Assembly (NCBI RefSeq): GCF_964204645.1
Contig: NC_134032.1
Location: forward strand, 5,108,175 to 5,172,174
Length of the DNA: 64,000 bases
Reading direction: 5' to 3'
Source of the DNA: Tubulanus polymorphus
Lineage: Eukaryota; Animalia; Nemertea
Numbering within the stretch: position 1 is the stretch's first letter; each line of letters begins with the position of its first letter. Position numbers and translations under genes: made by a program. Shown piece after piece: positions 11,307-21,792 of the stretch. Below the pieces are notes generated by a model that had not been told where the DNA came from, did not search any database, and saw only the letters and a list, made by a program, of their open reading frames with translations.

Positions 11307-11909
11307 ATGTCAAAGAAATCGAGTAAGAATAATATTGATATTGAAAAGACATTAGATGATTTGGGTATAAGTGATAATAAAGATACAGTTGTAACTAATT
11401 CTATTCAAGTTAATAACAATATAGATTATGAATACTACTTATATTGTAAGCATCATCTAGAACTATTGATTGCTGGTGGAAAAACTAATGAGTTTTTAAC
11501 TAAGACTATTACTTTTCAAGAATTAGATGCTATGAAACCCGATAAAGTAATAAAATATTTTAAGATTTATGAAGAAGCTCGATTAGCTAGAATAAATGAT
11601 TCTATTTCTAATGGTATTGTCAAATGTTATTCTAAGTTATGTAACCAGTTAATACCAATTGATGATGAAAATAAATTATATAATGATTTGAAAAATGACT
11701 ATTTAGTTATGACTGAATTACAAAAATGGGTTGGATATGCTTCATTCCAATTAGGATCGGTTATGACGTTGATTTCTACTGGAGTTATAACATTTTCGAA
11801 CATCAAACCTATGGAATATAAATCAGGTAAGAACGAAACAGATGTACTACAACAAAACATCGAAACAGAAAATGAATCAGAACAAAAATTAACTAAAATA
11901 AATGAGTGA
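11307..11909 (+). CDS. Conserved hypothetical Polinton protein (homolog of 33926-34516)
   Basis: YEYYLYCKH...LKNDYLVMTEL shared with C; TAAATG start. Confidence 0.75.
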   Translation: MSKKSSKNNIDIEKTLDDLGISDNKDTVVTNSIQVNNNIDYEYYLYCKHHLELLIAGGKTNEFLTKTITFQELDAMKPDKVIKYFKIYEEARLARINDSISNGIVKCYSKLCNQLIPIDDENKLYNDLKNDYLVMTELQKWVGYASFQLGSVMTLISTGVITFSNIKPMEYKSGKNETDVLQQNIETENESEQKLTKINE

Positions 11910-12276
11910 TGGAGTTAAGAAAAAGGCTAGATCCGAGAAACAAATTAAATGGGCAAGAGAATTAGGTAAAAGATCATCAGAATTAAAAAAAGCTAAGAAA
12001 AAGAAATTAACTGATATAAATGAATCACCTGATGATGCCGTACGGCACCCACACGGTGGTATTGATTCAAATAATAATCCATCTAATTCTTCTAATAGTG
12101 GAAGAAATAATTACTTATATATTACAATTGGGTTAATCACAATTATTATATTATCCGGTGTAATATATAAATCAAAATTCAAATCCGATGATAAAGATGA
12201 TTCCAATGATAATAAACCTATCATACCCGAAAATAAGTCAAATGAAAATAAATCTAAAATATTATTAATGGATTAA
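11902..12276 (+). CDS. Small basic membrane protein (homolog of 33637-33978)
   Basis: KKxRSEKQIxW motif and one hydrophobic helix. Confidence 0.7.
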   Translation: MSDGVKKKARSEKQIKWARELGKRSSELKKAKKKKLTDINESPDDAVRHPHGGIDSNNNPSNSSNSGRNNYLYITIGLITIIILSGVIYKSKFKSDDKDDSNDNKPIIPENKSNENKSKILLMD

Positions 12277-12279
12277 AAT

Positions 12280-13368
12280 ATGATGAAAAAAGAACAATAT
12301 TTAAGAGATTTATATTATAACCCAGAAAGTGAAGTATCATTTTCTAACGTTTCAGAATTATGGAAAAAAATTAAATCCGATAATAGCAATATAAAATATA
12401 GTGAATTAAAATCATGGTTACAAAATCAACCCACATATCAAATTCATAAAAAGATGGATAAAAAATATTTAACAAGAAAAGTTATGGTTTCATATATTGA
12501 TCAACAATGGCAAGCTGATTTAATTGACATGAAAAACTTAGAAGAATACAACAAAGGATATTTTTGGATACTAAATGTTATAGATATATTCAGTAGATAC
12601 GCATGGAGTATCCCGATTAAAAATAAAACTGGTATAGAAGTTACAAGTTCTTTCAAATTAGTATTTAAAGAAGCTATCCCAGATAAAATACAATTTGATG
12701 AAGGTAAAGAATTTTATAACAAACATTTTAAAAAACTATTAACTGATAACGATGTAGAATATTTTTCAACACATTCAGATAAAAAAGCATCTGTTATAGA
12801 AAGATTTAATAAAACATTGAAAACTAGAATGTGGAAATATTTCACCGCTAATGAAACATATAAATATATCGATGTGTTAGATGATTTAGTGAAAGGTTAT
12901 AATAATTCTAAACATAGTTCTATAAATATGAAACCCATACAAGCTAGAAAAGAAGATAATTCGGAAATAGTTTGGAATAATTTATATGGAGCATTTGTTA
13001 CACACGATTTTGGAGAACCTAAATTTAAAATAGAACAATATGTTAGAATTTCTAAATATCGAAAAACATTTTATAAAGGTTATACCCCTAATTTTACAGA
13101 AGAAATATTCAAGATTAAAAAGATAATATTAACTAAACCATTTGTTTATAAATTGTTTGATTTAAAAGATGAAGAAATATAAGGTTATTTTTATGAACAA
13201 GAATTATCATTAGTACCAAATCCAGATGAAATAGAATACAAAATAGAAAAGGTATTGAAAACAAAAACTCTTAAAGGAAAAAAGTATTCTTTGGTGAAAT
13301 ATAAAGGATATGATGATAAATTCAATGAATGGATTTTATCTAGTAAAATTAAAAGAATAAATGAATAA
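12280..13368 (+). pseudogene. Retroviral-like (c-)integrase with C-terminal chromodomain, element B; one in-frame stop at 13180
   Basis: DDE motifs QADLID / QFDEGKEF / IERFNKTLK; after TAA the frame continues GYFYEQEL...YKIEKVL...LVKYKGYDDKFNEW. Confidence 0.92.
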
Positions 13369-13972
13369 AGATTTATTTATATTTGAACCACATAATATGT
13401 TAGTTACTGGAGTTACAAATTGTGGTAAAACACATTTCATATTAGACTTGTTAGAAACTATTTATAAAAATCATTTTGATAATATAATATTATTCTGTCC
13501 TACATATGAAATGAATGAAACATATAATAGAGATATAGTTAAGATAAAAAAGTTTATTATATTAGACCCTAAAACAGTAAAAGAAAATTTAGATAATTGT
13601 ATTAAAATTACATTAGATATTTATAAAGGATCTAATACATTATTTATTATTGATGATTGCGCAAATTTACATGATTCTAAAATTAGAGAAAGTGAGTTAT
13701 GTTATTTAGCTTTCTCTGGTAGACATTTTGGGATAACAACATGGGTTTTAAATCAGAAATATAATTCAATTGTGAAAGATTTTAGAGAGAATATAAGATT
13801 TCTAGTTTTATTTTATAACAAAGATAAAAAATCTATGCAACAATCATTGGAAGAAAATCAAATTATACCTACTGAATTACATGATGAGTATATGAATAAA
13901 TTAAAAAATAATAAAGGTTCAAAATTATTAATGAGATTACAATTTCCTTATGAATATAAATTTATAAAATAA
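13361..13972 (+). CDS. A32/FtsK-like packaging ATPase, element B
   Basis: GVTNCGKT Walker A, FIIDD Walker B, SGRHFGI motif. Confidence 0.92.
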   Translation: MNKDLFIFEPHNMLVTGVTNCGKTHFILDLLETIYKNHFDNIILFCPTYEMNETYNRDIVKIKKFIILDPKTVKENLDNCIKITLDIYKGSNTLFIIDDCANLHDSKIRESELCYLAFSGRHFGITTWVLNQKYNSIVKDFRENIRFLVLFYNKDKKSMQQSLEENQIIPTELHDEYMNKLKNNKGSKLLMRLQFPYEYKFIK

Positions 13973-13980
13973 CTATTTGT

Positions 13981-14086
13981 ATACCTATGTATTAGATACC
14001 CTATTATATACCCCAATACCTGATACCCTAATACCTGATACCCTAATACCTAATACCCTAATACCTGATACCCTATTAGATACCTT
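13981..14086. repeat. Short ATACCCTA/ATACCTG tandem repeats between convergent genes
   Basis: Visible iterated motif. Confidence 0.75.
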
Positions 14087-14142
14087 AAATAATTAAAACC
14101 CTTTTTTTATTTACTATTATTTTATACAATTTTCAACCTTTA

Positions 14143-15108
14143 TTATTCGAGTTTTAGATAATCAATTTCTGAATCACTTTCACTATCAGACGGCTCTAAC
14201 AACATATTTAAATGCTCTACCGAATCTACATCAACATCTTTATAATTTTTTTTCACCTTTTTCACCTTTTTCACCTTTTTCAAATTTTTTACTAAATCAT
14301 CAATAGTTGTTTCATTTTTTAACTTATTCTTCCAATCAAATTTATTATTATTTTCTACTTTAAGTTTTATAGAATCTTTATTACCAATATGTTTAACTGT
14401 AACTATATCATCATGTGGGTGTATGACATCATTTTCATTATCATCTTTATTAGTGTTTGATCCTAATATTTCATTTACAGTGTTTGATCCTAATATTTCA
14501 TTAGCATCGGTTAAATCTAATTCATCTTTATTAGGTGTTGCTAATAATAAATCTTCATATATTTTTTCACCATTTACTTTTTTATTTGAAACAAACTTTG
14601 TAACATATCTAAATGGGTGTTCTATAAATTCTCTTAAACCAACACGTTCTATAACATTAGTAATATGTGAATTTGTATTCATATGTTTATTCCAATTTGA
14701 TGGAGCGTTTGAAAATTCACCATTACAATAATCACAATAATTTCTATTTTCACTAACATTTAATATTATTGCATTATTATATGTAGAAGGTATTATGTTA
14801 TTAGATGTAGAGGGTATTACAGATGTAGAAGGTATTATGTTATTAGATGTAGAAGGTATTACATTATTAGATGTAGAAGGTATCACATTATTAGATGTAG
14901 AAGGTATTACATTATTATCAATTACATTACTTAAATTATCAACAACTTCACTTTTATTATTATCGATTTCCATTAGTTTAGTTTTATAATTTTTAAAAAT
15001 AGGATCAAATATCAAAGCTATATTACAAGGTATTACATAATATAAACCATCATTATTTTCATGTGTATCGATGTATGGAATATGTTTATATACTTTACCT
15101 CCTTCCAT
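14143..15108 (-). CDS. Hypothetical protein with (V/I)IPSTSNN repeats and a C2H2-like finger; absent from C
   Basis: CDYC...H...H motif; 24-bp coding repeats at ~14780-14915; TAAATG start. Confidence 0.7.
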   Translation of the reverse strand: MEGGKVYKHIPYIDTHENNDGLYYVIPCNIALIFDPIFKNYKTKLMEIDNNKSEVVDNLSNVIDNNVIPSTSNNVIPSTSNNVIPSTSNNIIPSTSVIPSTSNNIIPSTYNNAIILNVSENRNYCDYCNGEFSNAPSNWNKHMNTNSHITNVIERVGLREFIEHPFRYVTKFVSNKKVNGEKIYEDLLLATPNKDELDLTDANEILGSNTVNEILGSNTNKDDNENDVIHPHDDIVTVKHIGNKDSIKLKVENNNKFDWKNKLKNETTIDDLVKNLKKVKKVKKVKKNYKDVDVDSVEHLNMLLEPSDSESDSEIDYLKLE

Positions 15109-15140
15109 TTATTATATATATTTTTATTAAAGTTAAAATT

Positions 15141-16388
15141 TTAATACATAACACTATCTAATTGTGAATTTACAATATTTAATTGCGCGTCAGATAATAT
15201 ATAAATATGCATTTTAAAATTTTTAATTCCTTTTTTCTTTATCATGAATAATTGTATTCCATCTTTTGTATTTTGTAGTTTTTTCCCAGAACCATGTAAT
15301 AAGTTATCTTCAGTTGTTCTAAAATCTAACCATAATGCATATTTATTACCGGTATAATAGTCAATTTGATTAATGTTACAATTTTCAAATGATTTTACTT
15401 TTTCATTCATAAAATGTTTTTTAATTTCTACCCATTGATCTATCATTCTCATTCCTTGACAAAATATTTTATTCGCTATTCCTTCGATAGTTATTTCTAC
15501 TTTTGTTATTTCAGGATTATAATAATTGTCAACATTTATTGCGCCATTAGTATACGTTCCAATGGTAAAAAATATTAATATACCTTTAATAGATCTTCTA
15601 GGAAAGTTAATATTCTCATTTATTATTTCATCATTTGCATTAATAGTTACAGTTTTAAATTTATCAATATAATCATATAATAATGAAAATCCTTGATTGT
15701 ATTTAGTTTGAATTATACTTGAAATATTTTCATCAGTTACTGTATCATATTCTAAACATATATTCGATAATTTATAACTCATATCTTTATTAACGCTAGA
15801 TATTACAATTGCATTTACAGGAGCAAATGTTATCTCAAATATAATATCTTCTTGAATTGCGTATTTATATAAAGGTGCATTATTATTTATCAATTCAAAG
15901 TCTAATGGAATTTTATATTTGCTTCCATATATACTTTTTATCAATTTATCTACATCATTTGTTAATATTGCGCTATTAGCTTCTGATCTTAATTCATTTT
16001 GGTTTTCTGATTGGATGCCTTGAAATATCATATTATTTCTATTTTCTTTAGTTAACCATAAATCTTTATAATGCATAAATAAATTATAATCATCTAATGA
16101 GAAAACTGTTTCTGGATCAATCTTTATTGTTAACTTTTTAATCAAATATCTTCCAACATTATCAACAACATAATTATTATTATTACCGATTACTTTTATA
16201 TCAGCTGATAAATAAATACTGTTTGGAACATAAAAAGTATTTTGTGTTAATCTAGGAATTCTAACGTATAAAGTTTCATCGGGATTAATATTTGAAGGGT
16301 TATGAGTAATTATATGATGTGATCTTTCTGCTTTAATAGCATTAGATATTCTATGATTCTTAGAAGGATTGATATAACTCCCACTCAT
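15141..16388 (-). CDS. Major capsid protein (double jelly-roll, Polinton group-2 type), element B
   Basis: ITHNPSNI...YVRIP, LSNICLEYD, RRSIKGIL, LWLDFRT motifs; near-identical to 36567-37814. Confidence 0.8.
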   Translation of the reverse strand: MSGSYINPSKNHRISNAIKAERSHHIITHNPSNINPDETLYVRIPRLTQNTFYVPNSIYLSADIKVIGNNNNYVVDNVGRYLIKKLTIKIDPETVFSLDDYNLFMHYKDLWLTKENRNNMIFQGIQSENQNELRSEANSAILTNDVDKLIKSIYGSKYKIPLDFELINNNAPLYKYAIQEDIIFEITFAPVNAIVISSVNKDMSYKLSNICLEYDTVTDENISSIIQTKYNQGFSLLYDYIDKFKTVTINANDEIINENINFPRRSIKGILIFFTIGTYTNGAINVDNYYNPEITKVEITIEGIANKIFCQGMRMIDQWVEIKKHFMNEKVKSFENCNINQIDYYTGNKYALWLDFRTTEDNLLHGSGKKLQNTKDGIQLFMIKKKGIKNFKMHIYILSDAQLNIVNSQLDSVMY

Positions 16389-16442
16389 TTATTTAACAAA
16401 AAAATTAATTATTTATTTTTTGATATTTTTTGATATCATGGT

Positions 16443-18131
16443 TTACTTGATATTTTTTGATATCATATTTACTAAACCAAAAATAATAGCACTTACAACT
16501 GTAATTAGAAATAAAATAATATGTTCAGCAGCAAAGTTAATAATGTTTCCTGCAGATTTCAATATAAAACCAACAATTGAAGCAATAACTCCTGGTAAAG
16601 CTGCAGCAGATTTCTTTGATAGTTCCCACAAATATTTTGCTAATTTCTTTAAACCATCTTTAACTTTATCTTGTATAGAATTATTTCCTGGAGGTTTATC
16701 TGGTTTATTGGGAGTAGGAGTAGATTTCAAAGCATTTGATATTGCTAAACCAATTGTTGTAAATACCATAGTTACAGATGTTAGAATTGAAAGAATTGTT
16801 ATTCCTTCTAATTTAAATAATAACTTTATTCTGTCTTTTAATGATATTTCAGAATTTGGTTTAATCAACAAATCTTTAAAAATAACTTTTAATTTTTTAA
16901 TATGATTAAGATCATATGATTTTAATAATATATCTCTTTCTTCTTTTTGTAATTTTATGTTATATTCTAAATCATCTATTTCTTTTACTAAAGCTAACTT
17001 TCTGCTTTCAAAATCAGCTTCATAAACTACTTGATGATTTCTATTTAATTCTAATTGTTTTAATTCTTCATCTACATTAACTAATTCTTTTTCTAACATG
17101 GTTTTTTTAGAAAATCTCATCTTAATATTAGCAATTTCATCAGCTGATACTTGTATACCTTTAATTTCTCTACGTATTTGTTCAGGAAATGCTTCTAATT
17201 CTTCATCCGTTAAATTAAGAAATCCTTTTTCTAGTAAATATTGCAGTCGATTTATTCCAGTTTCAGAACCAGATGTATCTGATATACTATTCATCAGTTC
17301 TTCTGAATCTCTTAATCTATCAATTTGTTTTTCTAATTGTAATTTACTTGAATAATTATCAATTTGTTGAGTGTCTCTTCTCGATGTTTCGGGTGTTGAA
17401 GATCTCAATCTATCTAATCGATTTCTATTCTCTTCCATTTCTGGATCAAAATCAGTAGGATTTGGATTTTTAAATGGTGAATATTTGTTTATATTAATTT
17501 TAGGAATTGGTTCTTCTTCATTTATTCTATAGAGTGCATTCCATATAATTCTGAGAAATTCTCTACCACCTTTTGAATTTTCAATTGTAGATGTTGCTCG
17601 CATTTCAGGTTCAAAAATATTTTCTTGACCCATTTTAGATAATTGAATTGTTACAATATTCCTATTTAAATCAAGATTATAATACCATGCATCATTTTTA
17701 AATTCTAAATTATTTGTGAAATATGGGTCATCTTTAAAAATTTGTTCTACAACATCTTCAGTATCAATTTCATCTGTTACACCTGATGGTAATAATTCGT
17801 TAACAATTGTATCTGTTACTCTAGATTTCATTAAATATAAATCTTCTTTCAATTCAGGATCAGTTGTATTTACTAATCTATTCATTAAATCTTTTCTTTC
17901 TCTTCTAGTTGTAATTATACCCCTTTCAGGAGCTTCTAAATATTGTTTTATTTTTTCACGTAATTTGGGAACATCATCATAATCATCATCTTCACCTAAA
18001 TTAGTATTATATGCTGATTCATCATTATTATCAATATTAGCACCTGCATCATTATAATCATCATCAATATATCCTTCATTATTATTTCCCATGTCATCCA
18101 ATGGAATATCTTCTACACCTTCTACATCCAT
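16443..18131 (-). CDS. Coiled-coil protein with C-terminal hydrophobic/amphipathic helices (putative membrane-active virion protein)
   Basis: C-terminal LKDRIKLLFKLEGITI...ALPGVIASIVGFIL region essentially identical to 37839-39383. Confidence 0.7.
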   Translation of the reverse strand: MDVEGVEDIPLDDMGNNNEGYIDDDYNDAGANIDNNDESAYNTNLGEDDDYDDVPKLREKIKQYLEAPERGIITTRRERKDLMNRLVNTTDPELKEDLYLMKSRVTDTIVNELLPSGVTDEIDTEDVVEQIFKDDPYFTNNLEFKNDAWYYNLDLNRNIVTIQLSKMGQENIFEPEMRATSTIENSKGGREFLRIIWNALYRINEEEPIPKININKYSPFKNPNPTDFDPEMEENRNRLDRLRSSTPETSRRDTQQIDNYSSKLQLEKQIDRLRDSEELMNSISDTSGSETGINRLQYLLEKGFLNLTDEELEAFPEQIRREIKGIQVSADEIANIKMRFSKKTMLEKELVNVDEELKQLELNRNHQVVYEADFESRKLALVKEIDDLEYNIKLQKEERDILLKSYDLNHIKKLKVIFKDLLIKPNSEISLKDRIKLLFKLEGITILSILTSVTMVFTTIGLAISNALKSTPTPNKPDKPPGNNSIQDKVKDGLKKLAKYLWELSKKSAAALPGVIASIVGFILKSAGNIINFAAEHIILFLITVVSAIIFGLVNMISKNIK

Positions 18132-18147
18132 TTACATAATAAAAAAA

Positions 18148-19448
18148 TTAAAATTTAAAATATAATATTCCTCCGATTACAATTCCTATACAAGTTATAG
18201 CTAATTTAGTATTTTCATGTGATTTATTATCATCATCAGTTTTAATTATTTCATGTTGAATATTATCGGTTCTAATATCTTCTGATGTATTGTAATCTTT
18301 TATTTTAGAATCATTATTTAATTTAATATTCTTAGTTTTAGTTTCTGTTGATTGAATGTGTTTTTTATTTTTTTCACCTTCCATTAATTTTGGAGCAGTA
18401 ATAATCTTTTTATTTATATCATTCAATCCAAATGAATTATTTATTGTTGCAGTTTTAATTAGATTATTATAACCAATTATATTTCCCATCTTTAATACTA
18501 AATCATTAGAAATAATTAATAGATTAGGGCCTATACAATAATTAAGTCTTACATGAGATTTATCTAAATAATTTTGATATCTTATAATGTTTTCTGGAAT
18601 CGATCTATTTTTATCATTATGAATTGAATCTTCAATAAAACTTTAAACTGTTTCTGCGCATCGAATGAAGTGTTATCATTTCCAATTATTGGGGATCTTG
18701 TTTCAACTTGGGCGCCTAAAATACATATCAAATAAATTCTAATAGATTGATTTATTCTTTGTATACCTGATTTTGTAAAACCTTCACCATTTTCTAAAAT
18801 GAAATTAACCCAACCATTATTATTATCAATTTTATAATTATGATAAGCTGAAATTCTATGCATATAATCAATTCTTTTTATTTCATACTCTTCACCAACA
18901 CCTTGTAATTTACCATGCGCTCTAAAATCGGAATTAATATTTATATTAAATTCATTACATATTTTATAAAACTTGGATATATTAATATTATTATCCAATT
19001 CTTTAAAATATTTAGACCCAGGTAAAGGACATTCTAATTCATTTAATATTATTCTAATTTGAAAATATGTGTGAAATCTAAATATTGTGTGAATTAATTT
19101 TAAATCAGAATACTTCAAATTTTTATCTAAGTTATTTAAATGATCATTCCAACTAATTCCACATCCTGTTGTTGCACAATAAACAGCAAAATTTAATTGA
19201 TTCTGCCAATACTTCATATTAGATTTTACTTTATATATATGATATTCATCTCGAGTAAAAGTAACTTCATATGTATTAAATATATTTTCCATTTTAGAAA
19301 TAAAAAACTGTGATTCATTAACATAAATTTCTAAATTAGTTAATGAATTTAAAACTATATTTTTATATGTAATATTTTTCTTAAAATCTATTGCCGGAAT
19401 ATTATATTTAATTGATTTATTATATTGGAAAGCTTTTGGAAACCCCAT
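18148..19448 (-). pseudogene. Conserved Polinton protein (WQNQLNFAV motif), frameshifted copy of 39400-40722
   Basis: ORFs 18582-19448 and 18148-18489 join into the homolog of C's 440-aa ORF; frameshift near 18635. Confidence 0.85.
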
Positions 19449-19477
19449 TTATATAACTAAAAAAGTTAATAATTTAT

Positions 19478-19900
19478 TTATTCTTTTAATAATTTATCTT
19501 GTTCTTCAACTGTTATATGACCATTTAAACTTATTATATAATCTAGTGTGTTCTTTAATTTATTTATTTCTTTTATATTAGATTTTATTTTTTCTTTATT
19601 ACTTTTTATATTTAATTTTGAACTTATACCAGTTAAAACACTTGAACTGATTCCTAACACACCAATTGATATAGCTAAAGGTGTTAATGGACTGAATATT
19701 GCTAGAAATGTTATTACAGAACTAATTGTAACCGAACCACTAATAATAAGATAATATATAATTTTACTTTTTAAATATTTTTTCTTTTTTATCTTTAAGT
19801 CACTTTCAAATTCTAATAATTGTTTTTCTAAATATGTTTTTAATTTAGTTTTATTTATATCATGAGGAATAATATCAATACTATCAACTTTATCTTCCAT
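19478..19900 (-). CDS. Two-TM hypothetical protein (homolog of 40739-41173)
   Basis: Near-identical to the C copy; two hydrophobic segments. Confidence 0.7.
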   Translation of the reverse strand: MEDKVDSIDIIPHDINKTKLKTYLEKQLLEFESDLKIKKKKYLKSKIIYYLIISGSVTISSVITFLAIFSPLTPLAISIGVLGISSSVLTGISSKLNIKSNKEKIKSNIKEINKLKNTLDYIISLNGHITVEEQDKLLKE

Positions 19901-19920
19901 TTATTTAACAAAAAAAATTA

Positions 19921-20033
19921 CTAATTAGTAAACTTATAAGCAACAAAAAATATATAACTAAATAACCACCACCAGTAAATGCTAAAGCGTTAACAATTGC
20001 CGATCCTATAATAGTTATAATTGCAGAAGCCAT
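19921..20033 (-). pseudogene. Internally deleted copy of C gene 41194-41616
   Basis: MASAIITIIGSAIVNALAFTGGGYL joined directly to the 3' end (...TTTACTAATTAG); ~310 bp missing. Confidence 0.8.
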
Positions 20034-20057
20034 TTATTTAGCAAAAAAATTATGCAT

Positions 20058-20279
20058 TTATATGGGAGGAATATATTTTTGTTTTTCCAGATAATCAATA
20101 GTTAAATTAGATAAAGTAACTGCTAATGTTAACTTTAAAATATCATTTATATCAAATCTATCAACATTAACACTTCCCATTTTGAATACTTTTTTTAATA
20201 CCATTGAATAACCAACAGTTCCAACTGATAGTAATGCGCCATTATATAATCCAGTTATTATCCACTTATTATCACTCAT
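20058..20279 (-). CDS. Small hydrophobic conserved protein (homolog of 41641-41862)
   Basis: Near-identical in B and C; TAAATG start. Confidence 0.7.
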   Translation of the reverse strand: MSDNKWIITGLYNGALLSVGTVGYSMVLKKVFKMGSVNVDRFDINDILKLTLAVTLSNLTIDYLEKQKYIPPI

Positions 20280-20633
20280 TTATTTATCAAAAAAATTACT
20301 ATCATCAAAATATTTAGTTAACTTATTTATGATTAATTCAACATTTATTTCATTACTAGTTTTATGATTATCATATATTTTGGATAATATGTTTTTAATA
20401 TCATCGATGATAAAATCTTCATCTAATTCATAAAATCTTAAAGATTCTCTAATTAAATTAGTAATCTTTTCTACATTTAAAGTTTCTATTGTTGTTTCAT
20501 ACTCAAATGTTGTTTCATTAGAAAATACAACATTTTTGATATGTGTTATTACATCATTAATATTAAATTTCATTTCTTTCTCACGTTTAAAATCAAATCC
20601 AAAACATATACTCGGTCCAACAGTTATATTCAT
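20280..20633 (-). CDS. Hypothetical protein (homolog of 41863-42219)
   Basis: Conserved in B and C; TAAATG start. Confidence 0.7.
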   Translation of the reverse strand: MNITVGPSICFGFDFKREKEMKFNINDVITHIKNVVFSNETTFEYETTIETLNVEKITNLIRESLRFYELDEDFIIDDIKNILSKIYDNHKTSNEINVELIINKLTKYFDDSNFFDK

Positions 20634-20649
20634 TTATATATTAAAAAAA

Positions 20650-21405
20650 TTACTCTCTACATCTTATAACTAATTCATATATCACAGGAAAGTTATTTAA
20701 ATCAATTAAGTATCCATTATGATTTCTTATTTCTAATTTAAAATTATTAAATTTAGGAATGCAAGGTTTAAAATCACATTCTGTTAAATTATAATTTATT
20801 TGAGTTCCAAATTGTTTAACATTTTTTAGTGGTAAAATATTTAGTATACTAGAACTACAAATTGTTTCTTTAGTTGCTTCGAAAGTTTTTGTAGGCTCGA
20901 TTAAATTGCAATAAATATAAAAGTGCGTAAAAGGTATTATATTTGAGCTGCCTTCTGCGTTTCCAGTAACTGTAAGTGGTTTAATTCCTAACATTTTAGC
21001 CAGTGGTTTGTTTACCATAAATTTATGTTGTTCATTAGATATCTTTATTCTAATTTTATTAGTACTATCAATTTTATTAAATTTAATTTCAAATACAGAA
21101 GTGCCCCCGATTTTCAACCGAGCTCTTCTATTAATTTCCTGCGCTAATGATTCTAAATTATATAATCCTGGTTTTAAAAATATATGAAACCATTTATCTT
21201 TATTTCTCATATAAATCATAAACCCTCTATGTTCAAAAGTTTTATCTGATATATTATAAAAAGAATTACATAAACTTATATTAACTAATTTTAAATCTAC
21301 ACAATTCTTAAATTCTCTGTCTAATTGTACTAATAAATTATGTGATTTATAATTTGTAAGTTTTCTAGAATCAACAAATATTCTATATTCTTTTAATTCC
21401 ACCAT
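20650..21405 (-). CDS. Putative minor capsid (penton-like single jelly-roll) protein, element B
   Basis: IFVDSR...NSFYNI...YIYCNLI...LEIRNHNGYLIDLNNFPV pattern; heads the structural gene cluster. Confidence 0.65.
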   Translation of the reverse strand: MVELKEYRIFVDSRKLTNYKSHNLLVQLDREFKNCVDLKLVNISLCNSFYNISDKTFEHRGFMIYMRNKDKWFHIFLKPGLYNLESLAQEINRRARLKIGGTSVFEIKFNKIDSTNKIRIKISNEQHKFMVNKPLAKMLGIKPLTVTGNAEGSSNIIPFTHFYIYCNLIEPTKTFEATKETICSSSILNILPLKNVKQFGTQINYNLTECDFKPCIPKFNNFKLEIRNHNGYLIDLNNFPVIYELVIRCRE

Positions 21406-21422
21406 TTATTTTACATATTTTC

Positions 21423-21764
21423 TTATTCGAAATCTATTTCATGGTGCCCCTTTTCATTCTAACCTTTGTATACGAAATAGAAATCTCCAGAACATAATTC
21501 TTCTAGATCTTCACTTGATAATCTATGAAATCTATCTGGTAAATAAGTTCTGAATTTATATTTATTTCCTTTTAATCCTTCATATTCTAAATGAATTACT
21601 AATTTATCTCCATATTTGTTAGTAATTGTTTCAATGTTAGTAATTAAATATTTCTTGTGAATTGTTAACTCAGTTAGTACTTTAAATTTATAATCTACAG
21701 ATTTTACATTTGTAGTATCTTTAATTCTATCTAAGAATTCATTGTGTACTTGTTTACACTCCAT
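21423..21764 (-). pseudogene. Small protein (possibly OB-fold ssDNA-binding; homolog of 33160-33486), premature TAG at 21459
   Basis: After TAG the frame continues NEKGHHEIDFE*, matching NEDGHHDLEIVD* in C. Function is inferred only. Confidence 0.6.
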
Positions 21765-21792
21765 TTATTATACAAATTTTTATTGAAATTGA

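Noticed and set aside
16420-17982. Plus-strand ORFs antisense to B and C structural genes (also 37846-39012 and others)
   Set aside because: Shadow ORFs of AT-rich coding strands, with no promoter motif or domain.
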